NCBI GenBank assembly: GCA_963704705.1
Contig: OY969931.1
Coordinates: 210,001 to 242,000 of the forward strand
Origin: an uncultured bacterium
GTDB taxonomy: Bacteria > Patescibacteriota > Gracilibacteria > UBA1369 > PNNO01
Direction of reading: 5' to 3'
Length of the DNA: 32,000 bases
A model generated the notes under the pieces. It was not told the DNA's origin. It saw only the letters and a program-made list of their open reading frames with translations, and searched no databases. Shown piece by piece: positions 23,967-32,000 of the stretch (the stretch's first letter is position 1; every line of letters begins with the position of its first letter). A program made the translations under genes and the position numbers.

Positions 23967-24840
23967 TATTGAAGAATCTGACGAATAGTAAACGGGAGTT
24001 CCAAAGCCAAATCAGTTGCGCTAAAACAAAAATCTTTTTGTTTATATAAAAAGTCACCTGTGTAACCTATTAAAAATGCAGCGATTTTGCATGCATCAAA
24101 CGGTGTGGCTCCCTGCGCAATTAAAGAAGTAATTACCCCAGCCAAAACATCGCCGCTTCCGCCAACAGTTAAACCTGCGTTTCCTGTTTTATTTAAGGCC
24201 ACATCACCCTGAGGAGAAGCAATTACATCAGTAGGACTTTTTAATAAAACATTAATCTGCATTTCGGTTGCAATGGTTCTGACAAATTTAATTATATCGT
24301 CCTGCTCTTTGCTATCTTTAATATCGCGCATAGTTAAGTTTTCGAATTCATTTTTATGAGGGCAAACAACAATTGGCTGACTTAACGGTACTTCTTTTAC
24401 TAATTTTAAAACTTCTATTGCAGTTGAGTCCAGAACAGTTGGTACTTCCAAGGCTTCAATTAATTCCAAAATTGCACGAACAGTAACTTCACGATCATAC
24501 ATGCCAGGCCCAATTAAAACACTGTCGCATTTTTTAGACATTTGTAAAATTTCAGCAACACCCTGATGAGTTAAGTATTGGCCTGGAAATTTTTTAACAA
24601 TAAAATCCGGATACAAACTTCGGCTTACATCAAAATTACTTTCAGGAACAAATACATAAACCAAGTCGCTGCCACTATATAATGAACCTAAAGCACTTAA
24701 TAAAGGCGCACCATAATATTCTATGCTCCCTCCAACAATTAAAACTTTTCCATTCTGACCTTTATGTGAGGATGGAGTACGGCCCGGAAAAATTTTTTTA
24801 ATATATTGTTTTCGTAGTGTTGATAATGATCCTGGACCCA

Positions 24841-24841
<1 letters not shown>
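23966..24841 (-). CDS. nnrD: ADP/ATP-dependent NAD(P)H-hydrate dehydratase (YjeF C-terminal type)
   Basis: SHKGQNGKVLIVGGSIEYYGAPLLSALGSLYSGSDLVYV, LIGPGM and GNAGLTVGGSGDVLAGVITSLIAQG are present. The TAATG junctions on both sides link it to eno and pgeF. Confidence 0.9.
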
Positions 24842-26130
<1,289 letters not shown>

Positions 26131-26181
26131 TTATTAATAACCGGCCATAACTTAGCGAAATTTGAGTAAAACTTCAAGCTT

Positions 26182-26210
26182 TTGCGTTTTTTATAAAATT
26201 AAAGTACAAT
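26182..26210 (+). promoter_or_regulatory. Candidate promoter TTGCGT-N17-TACAAT for the MBL-fold gene
   Basis: TTGCGT lies at 26182-26187, followed by a 17-nt spacer and TACAAT at 26205-26210. This placement argues against the track's TTG start at 26211 and for ATG 26244. Confidence 0.4.
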
Positions 26211-26243
26211 TTGCCTGCGTTTTTTAAGCTTAACCAAAATAAA

Positions 26244-26870
26244 ATGGAAATTAAATGGCACGGAGAAAGTACTTTTACGATAAAAGGCAAATCAACAACA
26301 ATAGTTATTAATCCGGTTGAAGGAGGCAAGCACAGTTTAAAAGAAGTTAAAGCTGACACAATACTTCTTACAGATGATTATCATGAAAAAGCAAAGTTAG
26401 TTAAAGGATGTGAAAAAGCTGAAATTATAAATTGGCCAGGCGAATATGAAGTTCAGGGAGCAGCAATTATTTCTATTCCAACATTTACAAATGAGCAAGA
26501 AGAAGGAGATTCTGATAAAGGAAGAATTGTAATTTTTAGTTTATTGGTAGATGACATTAGAATTTGTCATTTGGGTGAAATTGGCCAGGAACTCGATGAA
26601 GATATTTTGGAAAAAATCGGAGATATAGATGTTTTGATTGTACCTGTTGCATGTAAAAGAGCTCTTGATAATAAAAAAATCCATAATGCTATTGAAGATA
26701 TCGATCCTAGAGTTATCATTCCAATGTATTATGACAACACTGAAGAGCTTGAGAAATTTTTAAAAGAAATTGGCACAACAGATTATGAAGAAGTTGATGT
26801 TTTTGAAGTAAAGGCAAAAAGCTCATTACCTGAAGAGCGCACAGATGTTGTTGTTTTAAAAGCTGTTTAA
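26244..26870 (+). CDS. MBL-fold (UPF0173/UlaG-like) protein with degenerate metal-binding motif
   Basis: MEIKWHGESTFTIKGKSTTIVINP, ADTILLTDDYHEKA, ICHLGEIG and DVLIVPV follow the strand order of short MBL-fold hydrolases. The HxHxDH motif is replaced by TDDYHE. I use the ATG start at 26244; the track starts at a TTG 33 nt upstream. Confidence 0.5.
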   Translation: MEIKWHGESTFTIKGKSTTIVINPVEGGKHSLKEVKADTILLTDDYHEKAKLVKGCEKAEIINWPGEYEVQGAAIISIPTFTNEQEEGDSDKGRIVIFSLLVDDIRICHLGEIGQELDEDILEKIGDIDVLIVPVACKRALDNKKIHNAIEDIDPRVIIPMYYDNTEELEKFLKEIGTTDYEEVDVFEVKAKSSLPEERTDVVVLKAV

Positions 26871-26880
26871 ACCTTAATGA

Positions 26881-26955
26881 GTTCCCATAGTTCAATGGAT
26901 AGAACGAGGGCCTCCTAAGCTCTAAATGCAGGTTCGATTCCTGCTGGGGACACCA
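26881..26955 (+). tRNA. tRNA-Arg (anticodon CCU), CCA encoded
   Basis: GTTCCCATAGTTCAATGGATAGAACGAGGGCCTCCTAAGCTCTAAATGCAGGTTCGATTCCTGCTGGGGACACCA. It has acceptor stem GTTCCCA/TGGGGAC, D stem GTTC/GAAC, anticodon loop CTCCTAA and T arm GCAGG-TTCGATT-CCTGC. The discriminator is A and CCA is encoded. Confidence 0.9.
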
Positions 26956-26991
26956 CAGAGCAGTTGTTATTTTCTGCAAACACATAATTTG

Positions 26992-27021
26992 TTGACAAAA
27001 TTGAAATAAAAGTGATAGATT
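26992..27021 (+). promoter_or_regulatory. Near-consensus extended -10 promoter TTGACA-N18-(TG-a)TAGATT for the orphan gene pair
   Basis: TTGACA lies at 26992-26997, TG at 27013-27014 and TAGATT at 27016-27021. It is 34 nt upstream of ATG 27055. This is the best -35 match in the window. Confidence 0.55.
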
Positions 27022-27054
27022 AAATTACCTTTCTTATTTTTTAATTTTAAAATT

Positions 27055-28359
27055 ATGGAAAAAGATACTTCTACAACCGAAGCTAGTTTAAATGATAGTG
27101 AATTGGCCCCTATTAGTGATCGTGTTGAAAATAGAGTTGTTCGTGATTGGCCTACTATGGTATCAGGAGCAATAATAAGATGGCGTGTTGAAAAAAATAT
27201 GTCGTATCTTCAAGACCCAAAATCTGCTGAATTACCTCCTGATGATTGGTTTTATGAAGATGATTCACCTGAGTTTAAAGATGAAGTAAGAAGAGGAGTA
27301 GTTAGAAGTATGGAAAAGGCAAAACCCTGCCTTGTTCAAATTCTCGATAAGACTGTAAGAGATATACATACAGGTGTAAAAGAATCACCTACTGTTCAGT
27401 CAGTTCAGGAAAAGCTTGGAAAAGATTCTTTTAGATTGGCCAGGCAGCTTACAAGGTATGTTGAACTTTTAAAAGGAAGACTGCCTGATAGAGTTACACC
27501 TGAACTTCTTGAAAAAATTGCAGATACTGCAAAAGGTGCTGCACATGTATTAAATACCTGGATGACTGATGAACGTGAAGTTGCAACAATAGAAAATGCA
27601 ATAAGAGAATTCGCTGATAAAGGGGTTGTAGATAAAGAAACATGGGTTTCGATTAAAGATTTAACCGGTGAGGAATTTGTCACTGAATTATTTAAAAAAC
27701 TAGGTGTTCATATTGGTGTTCAGCCACTTAATGCTCAAGAATTAGATATGATTTATCATCAGGATATGAAGGAAGTTGTAAAATCTATTTTAGCAAAAAT
27801 AGGTATTAATATTGGAGATTCTCAAACTCAGGATGTAAAGAATCAGCAAGCAGATGTTGAAGATGTTGCAAAATTTATGCTCGGCGTATCAGGTGGTGAT
27901 GTATTAGGTAAAGATGAGTTGAATAAACCATCAACGTTAAAAAATACAACACAACGCAGAAGAACTCTTGGGACACTACAGCCACTGGTATATATTACAG
28001 CAGACAAAGGATTGTTTCCTGGCAAATCAAGCGAAGATCAGCTTGAATTAATGTCTCAGCTACAGGATGCAACCAAAGGACAGTACTTTGGCACTTTGGG
28101 AGCTTTTATTGCACTCAATTTAGCTCAAAGATCAGCTACTTTAAGACCAGTTGAGGTAGCAGAAAAAATTGGTGCGACCCCAATAAGACTTATATGTCAG
28201 GACAATATGGCAGGAGGACAAACATTTGTTGATATAAGTTATGACAGAAATAAAGGCCATGAAAATAGAACGCTAAAAAGATCAAAGGATAAAAAACTTG
28301 GAGCAGATCAAGGTGTTGGTATTGCCTGGGGAGAAGAATTTTTAATTGATGAAAAGTAG
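27055..28359 (+). CDS. Orphan soluble protein, 434 aa, no recognisable domain
   Basis: Track ORF. It has no hydrophobic segment and no nucleotide-binding or catalytic motif that I can recognise. The N-terminus is acidic, the middle looks helical, and the C-terminal region (GQYFGTLGAFIALNLAQRS...PIRLICQDNMAGGQTFVDISYD) is more conserved-looking. Coding is supported by length and codon periodicity only. Confidence 0.7.
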   Translation: MEKDTSTTEASLNDSELAPISDRVENRVVRDWPTMVSGAIIRWRVEKNMSYLQDPKSAELPPDDWFYEDDSPEFKDEVRRGVVRSMEKAKPCLVQILDKTVRDIHTGVKESPTVQSVQEKLGKDSFRLARQLTRYVELLKGRLPDRVTPELLEKIADTAKGAAHVLNTWMTDEREVATIENAIREFADKGVVDKETWVSIKDLTGEEFVTELFKKLGVHIGVQPLNAQELDMIYHQDMKEVVKSILAKIGINIGDSQTQDVKNQQADVEDVAKFMLGVSGGDVLGKDELNKPSTLKNTTQRRRTLGTLQPLVYITADKGLFPGKSSEDQLELMSQLQDATKGQYFGTLGAFIALNLAQRSATLRPVEVAEKIGATPIRLICQDNMAGGQTFVDISYDRNKGHENRTLKRSKDKKLGADQGVGIAWGEEFLIDEK

Positions 28360-28431
28360 TATTATTTGTAATGATTTTGGCTTTCTGCTCTTATAAATTT
28401 TTGAATCTAAATATTATTAATTTTAATTATT

Positions 28432-31400
28432 ATGCCTCCAGAGAGACTAACTGGTATTGGATCAGGATCAAAAGATAAATGGCCTACTCATGATGCACGT
28501 GACGATGAATTTGAAGCAACCAGAGAGATTGCAATAGGACTTGTAGATGAAGATGATTTAAAATTTATTGGAACACAACAGGATTTATTGGATAGTTATG
28601 TAAAATATAACTTTAAAAATCCAAAATCCAAATTATCTTCATTGGTAAAAAATGTTATCTGGGGATTGTGGGAAAATGAAAAAACCAGGGATAATTTATT
28701 TCCTGAAGAAATTGATACAGAAGAAAAATTAAGAGAATTTATCGATGATAAAGAAAAACATTCCACTCCGGTTGGAAGAAGTATAGTTAATTTTGCAATT
28801 TTGGCTGTAAGATCGGGTTTTGTCGCTATACCAATGAGAAGACGAGTTGAAGAACATATTGAATCTCAACTTTCATTTTTCTTGGAAGATATATTTGATG
28901 AATGGATAGAATTATTAAAAAATAAAAATGCGAAATTTAATCCTTCAAAATATAAAAATGATGAAGAAAGAAGCAAAGCAGAAGAAACATTTAGAAAAAA
29001 AATGCAATTAAGATTCAGATTAATTAGCTGGGTAAGTAATTCCGAAAAATTACATAATGAGTTGATGGAACGTTATTATATTGAAGGAAACATGAATGTT
29101 TTTGGTTTTTTCTTAAGGAAACTTCTTAATATTGATACAGCAGGAGCCAAAGTTAAAGAATTAATGATTGGCGTAATTGACAAGCAGTTTAATGATAAAA
29201 GGAAGCAATTATTGGATTTAATAGATGGATTAAAAGCTGATAGTAAAAAGAAGGCAGCTAAAGAAAGAGAAGCAATCAAAGCGATTGAAATTGTTGCAGA
29301 TGGTGTTGGTGTAAAAACTGCGGCGGCGCATATCACACCAAAGCCTGGAACAATTAAAACTATTAGTGGAGTGGATATACCGGTACCAGGAAGAATTGAA
29401 GAGCCGTCAGCGTCAGATACAGACCCTGAAGATTTAGATAGTGGTTTTGATGAAGATGAAACTTCAGGTGTTTATTATGCGGAAACAGGTGAAAAAACAG
29501 AAGTTTTCAAAAAGGGAAGAAAAGTGAAATTTAAAGGAAAAAGGCCAATATCACCTACTGCACATTCAGAAAAACCTAATGAAGTTACAATAGTTCGTAC
29601 AGATATTCAGGCTTCAATTGAACCAGCAGATCAGGATACTGACGTTGATGCAATATTACCTGCAACTGAAGGAACAGACATTGATGTTGTAGCTGATCAA
29701 ACGCAAACTGATGAAGAAATCTTACATGCAAGCCACGAAGTTGAACCTGAAGAATTATCCGAAGAAGATTTGGATGAAGTTGAAGATGCTGAAGATGCTG
29801 AAGCTAGTGATCCTGAACCAGCAGCGTTGAGTGAATTCGATCTTACGCAAAATTATAATTCTGGACCAGCTCCGGCAGCACCGGAAAGAGGATTGAAACC
29901 AGTACTAAAAGTAAACACGCCAAAGGTAGTAAAACAGTATACATCTCAAGAACCAGTGCCGGCACACGAATTAGATCTTTCACATAGTGAACCAGCATCG
30001 CCAGCATCAACTGATGGTACAACTGATGCTTCATCTACTCAAGAAAGAGAAACTTTTAATGTATATCCTCCGGTTCCTGGTTTGGCAATTAAAACACCAC
30101 TGCCTGCCCAGCCAGCACTTTCAGCAACACTTAAAAAGCAAATAACAAAATTAGCTGAAAAAGCCAGTGATCAAAGACCGGAACCCGCTGCTGAACCAGC
30201 TCCTGAAGCTGCTGTTAAAGCAGTCATAAATCATGGTATAACACTCCCTGAATTACCTTCATTTAGAGATAAGCTTACCGATGAAAAAAATCCTAAAAAA
30301 CCTACTGAAAGATTAAAGTCTTGGGTAGGTAGTAATCCAAAAACTGTTAAAGCAGTAATTCTTGGAGTAGTTTTGGCTGTACTTGGCGGATCTGGATATT
30401 TGACTTACAAACACGAAGGCAAAAAAGATTCATTAAGAGGTAAAGATAAAGTTGCATCAAAATCAACAATTGATGTTAAGAAAGAAAAAGTGATTATGGC
30501 TCCTATTTCAACAATGGAATCTACTATGGAACCTTCAATGGGTCCTACGATGGCTCCTTCAATGAAAGCCCCTATGCATACGGTTATGCAAGCTGAAGCA
30601 ATGCGACAGGCAGCAACAATGCAACATGCTATGAGGCCAGAGTCAATGCAGGCACCTATGCATGCGGTAATGAGCGTTGCTGGCATGAAAGCACCTAAAG
30701 AAGTTATGGCTGCAAGTAAAGATATTATGAAACCACAGCCTGCACATAGAACAGCCCCTATTCAAAAAACTGTTGATGTAAGAGGTGCAACTTCTAATCC
30801 GCGATTTGCAAATATTGATGTCAAAACAGTAGATGATTTACCAGATGGAATTTATAAGCAAATGTGGCAAGGCAAAAAATTCAATTTAGAAGGAAATGTT
30901 TCTTATTCAAAATTTCTGGAAGATGCATTAAAAAATATGATAAAAAAACTTCCAAGAAAAGAGAGATATAAAGCTTTATATGCATACTATCAAGAACTCA
31001 GAAAAACTGAAAATGGATGGCTTCTTTATAAGAAATTGCTTGAAGAAAGTCTTGTTGAAAAGGCATTAACAAAAGAAGGTTTAACTGAAAAAGAAGAGGC
31101 ACAGCTTAAAGATTGGAATGATTATCAGAAAAGACATCGAGGAAGAGCAAAGCAGGCAAAAGAACTTCTTCAAAATTATAAATGGCTAATGAAATCAAAG
31201 AAGAAAGGCAAAGCATACAAAATGTATGAAGATTATCGTGCCAGAGGTGTCGAATTGATGGAATTCCCTGGAGTAGCTCATCTTGAAAGAAGTGCAGACA
31301 ATATATTACCTCATGAAAAAATCAGTTATGCTACCAAAGATGGAAAGGCATTAGGTACAATGGTTAGAATGACAAAAGCAATTAAAAAAGTAGCAAAATC

Positions 31401-32000
31401 CTTCCCAATGCCTGATTTAGCTATGGGTAGTACAACCGGTTCAATTGAACAAACGCCTTCTCATACGATGTTTGCTGAACATCAGGTTGATGCTCCAACT
31501 CCTCCGCCAATTCCAGCTGATGCAGTTGTTCATCAGGTTGATGATAGCCAGATTTTATCTGTTGCACCTTTGCCGCCTAATACTCCTAAATCATTTGGTT
31601 CGGCTCCAATGCCTGATCTTAAACCTGTACTTGGGGATATGCTTGCAAAGAGACCTCCTAGAATTCCTGCAGACGCAAGAGTTTATAAAATTGAACCTAA
31701 GGATATGTTTGATGTGAAAATGGCTAAACCGCAGGATTTTGGTTCAGCGCCAATGCCTGAATTAAAAGCGGTTCTAGCAGCAATGGACAGAAAGAGAAAG
31801 CAAACTCCGCCGCCAATTCCGCAGGACGCATATTATAAATTAACTGAAGATGATATTTTACCGGAACCACCACCAATTCCGGTTGAAGAAAGTCAGATTT
31901 TGAAAGTTAAAAATATGGCTCCGGAACCAAAAATGTATGGTGCGGCTCCGCTTCCAAAAGAAATTAAACCTATTTTAGGAGTTAAACCACCGGCAATTCC
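28432..32000 (+). CDS. Giant orphan single-pass membrane protein, 5' part (at least 1189 codons, continues past the window)
   Basis: It is not in the ORF track. I read frame 1 codon by codon. There is an in-frame TAA at 28408, the first ATG is at 28432, and no stop occurs through 32000. The product starts MPPERLTGIGSGSKDKWPTHDARDDEFEATREIAIGLVDEDDLKF... Antisense and out-of-frame track ORFs in this span are short and compositionally mirror-like. Confidence 0.85.
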   Translation, partial: MPPERLTGIGSGSKDKWPTHDARDDEFEATREIAIGLVDEDDLKFIGTQQDLLDSYVKYNFKNPKSKLSSLVKNVIWGLWENEKTRDNLFPEEIDTEEKLREFIDDKEKHSTPVGRSIVNFAILAVRSGFVAIPMRRRVEEHIESQLSFFLEDIFDEWIELLKNKNAKFNPSKYKNDEERSKAEETFRKKMQLRFRLISWVSNSEKLHNELMERYYIEGNMNVFGFFLRKLLNIDTAGAKVKELMIGVIDKQFNDKRKQLLDLIDGLKADSKKKAAKEREAIKAIEIVADGVGVKTAAAHITPKPGTIKTISGVDIPVPGRIEEPSASDTDPEDLDSGFDEDETSGVYYAETGEKTEVFKKGRKVKFKGKRPISPTAHSEKPNEVTIVRTDIQASIEPADQDTDVDAILPATEGTDIDVVADQTQTDEEILHASHEVEPEELSEEDLDEVEDAEDAEASDPEPAALSEFDLTQNYNSGPAPAAPERGLKPVLKVNTPKVVKQYTSQEPVPAHELDLSHSEPASPASTDGTTDASSTQERETFNVYPPVPGLAIKTPLPAQPALSATLKKQITKLAEKASDQRPEPAAEPAPEAAVKAVINHGITLPELPSFRDKLTDEKNPKKPTERLKSWVGSNPKTVKAVILGVVLAVLGGSGYLTYKHEGKKDSLRGKDKVASKSTIDVKKEKVIMAPISTMESTMEPSMGPTMAPSMKAPMHTVMQAEAMRQAATMQHAMRPESMQAPMHAVMSVAGMKAPKEVMAASKDIMKPQPAHRTAPIQKTVDVRGATSNPRFANIDVKTVDDLPDGIYKQMWQGKKFNLEGNVSYSKFLEDALKNMIKKLPRKERYKALYAYYQELRKTENGWLLYKKLLEESLVEKALTKEGLTEKEEAQLKDWNDYQKRHRGRAKQAKELLQNYKWLMKSKKKGKAYKMYEDYRARGVELMEFPGVAHLERSADNILPHEKISYATKDGKALGTMVRMTKAIKKVAKSFPMPDLAMGSTTGSIEQTPSHTMFAEHQVDAPTPPPIPADAVVHQVDDSQILSVAPLPPNTPKSFGSAPMPDLKPVLGDMLAKRPPRIPADARVYKIEPKDMFDVKMAKPQDFGSAPMPELKAVLAAMDRKRKQTPPPIPQDAYYKLTEDDILPEPPPIPVEESQILKVKNMAPEPKMYGAAPLPKEIKPILGVKPPAI
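30346..30408 (+). other. Single predicted transmembrane helix of the giant protein (aa 639-659)
   Basis: VKAVILGVVLAVLGGSGYLTY is the only hydrophobic stretch of 20 aa or more in 1189 residues. It is flanked by basic residues on both sides (KKPTERLKSW... and ...KHEGKKDSLRGK), so the topology is ambiguous. Confidence 0.65.
30496..30729 (+). repeat. Met-periodic tract (17 Met in 78 aa, mostly M-x3 tetrapeptides, with His)
   Basis: MAPIST MEST MEPS MGPT MAPS MKAP MHTV MQAEA MRQAAT MQHA MRPES MQAP MHAV MSVAG MKAPKEV MAASKDI M. At the DNA level this is a degenerate 12-nt periodicity. Confidence 0.85.
31498..32000 (+). repeat. Degenerate ~40-52-aa tandem protein repeats with PPxIP and [FY]G[SA]AP[ML]P-x2-[LI]K-x-[VI]L motifs
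   Basis: - PPxIP occurs five times: TPPPIP at 31498, RPPRIP at ~31651, TPPPIP at ~31804, PPPIP at ~31867 and KPPAIP at ~31984.
- The FGSAPMP motif occurs three times: FGSAPMPDLKPVLG at 31594, FGSAPMPELKAVLA at 31738 and YGAAPLPKEIKPILG at 31936.
- SQILSV and SQILKV also recur.
- A degenerate FPMPDLAMG lies at ~31405.
- The array is cut by the window edge. Confidence 0.8.

Noticed and set aside
26716-26985. Track ORF (89 aa, minus strand) spanning the region after the MBL-fold gene.
   Set aside because: It runs antisense through the tRNA-Arg gene (26881-26955) and the 3' end of the MBL-fold gene. Its sequence (…CPQQESNLHLELRRPSFYPLNYGN) is the typical false ORF seen opposite tRNAs.
29782-29799. 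A 9-nt tandem duplication, gaagatgct x2, possibly a slippage-prone contingency locus.
   Set aside because: There are only two in-frame copies (EDAEDA) within a generally acidic low-complexity region. This is too short for phase variation, and the reading frame is preserved regardless.
30405-30686. Track ORF on the minus strand (93 aa), strikingly rich in Cys/Ile/Ala (CIGACIDSGLIACCIVAAC...).
   Set aside because: It is the antisense mirror of the Met-periodic tract. ATG read in reverse gives CAT, and the shifted frames produce the Cys/Ile/Ala runs. It lies wholly inside the verified 1189-codon plus-strand frame, so it is a compositional artefact.
31445-31717. Track ORF on the plus strand (90 aa), Leu-rich (LLIRCLLNIRLMLQLLRQFQL...).
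   Set aside because: It is an out-of-frame reading of the Pro-rich repeat region of the giant ORF, where CCN/CTN-rich DNA gives Leu in the +1 frame. It has no independent support.
28432-32000. The missing long ORF in the track might mean an alternative genetic code (for example UGA recoding, as in some candidate phyla).
   Set aside because: The frame contains no TGA, TAA or TAG at all, so no recoding is needed. The ORF is simply open at the window end. Elsewhere TGA terminates a well-conserved gene at the expected length (queG, 16378-16380), which supports the standard code 11.
31594-32000. WH2-like actin-binding motifs plus proline-rich profilin-type tracts, as in bacterial actin-nucleating effectors.
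   Set aside because: LKPVL, LKAVL and IKPIL superficially recall the LKKV/T of WH2. However, the preceding amphipathic helix and the canonical spacing are absent, and the order relative to the hydrophobic residues is wrong. There is no sequence-level support.

Overview
AT-rich, very compact bacterial chromosome segment. It uses the standard genetic code (TGA, TAG and TAA all act as stops). Intergenic gaps are short, several gene junctions overlap as TAATG/ATGA, and almost no start codon has a Shine-Dalgarno motif. This style fits an uncultivated small-genome lineage (CPR/Patescibacteria-like), but that is inference only.

Most of the window is housekeeping:
- tRNA-Lys(UUU), a CvpA-like membrane protein, dnaJ and tRNA-Glu(CUC)
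- a 1254-aa SLH-anchored S-layer protein behind an unusually long 606-nt leader
- a lipoprotein, then the ahcY-metK methyl-cycle pair
- a three-gene envelope-glycan cluster (GT2, polyprenyl-phosphate glycosyl-phosphotransferase, O-antigen-ligase/TPR) and a YibE/F membrane protein
- queG, a small membrane protein and the complete AmmeMemoRadiSam trio (amrS-amrB-amrA), converging on a PduO-type cobalamin adenosyltransferase
- folE-recR, then ispE/ispDF
- a small GC-richer membrane ORF, then pgeF-nnrD-eno
- a degenerate MBL-fold protein and tRNA-Arg(CCU)

The last 5 kb is different. A near-consensus promoter drives a 434-aa orphan protein, followed by a giant ORF (28432 to beyond 32000, at least 1189 codons) that the ORF track misses because it has no stop inside the window. 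That giant protein has:
- no recognisable domain
- a long acidic/proline-rich linker
- a single transmembrane helix
- a striking tetrapeptide-periodic Met (plus His) tract
- C-terminal PPxIP / [FY]G[SA]AP[ML]P tandem repeats

This orphan pair is my best candidate for an undescribed system. Secondary candidates:
- the AmmeMemoRadiSam locus, sitting in a queuosine/cobalamin context with a tightly coupled extra membrane protein
- the cysteine-paired S-layer protein, with its structured leader and palindromic repeat array

No CRISPR array, transposase, integrase, toxin-antitoxin or known defence gene was seen.
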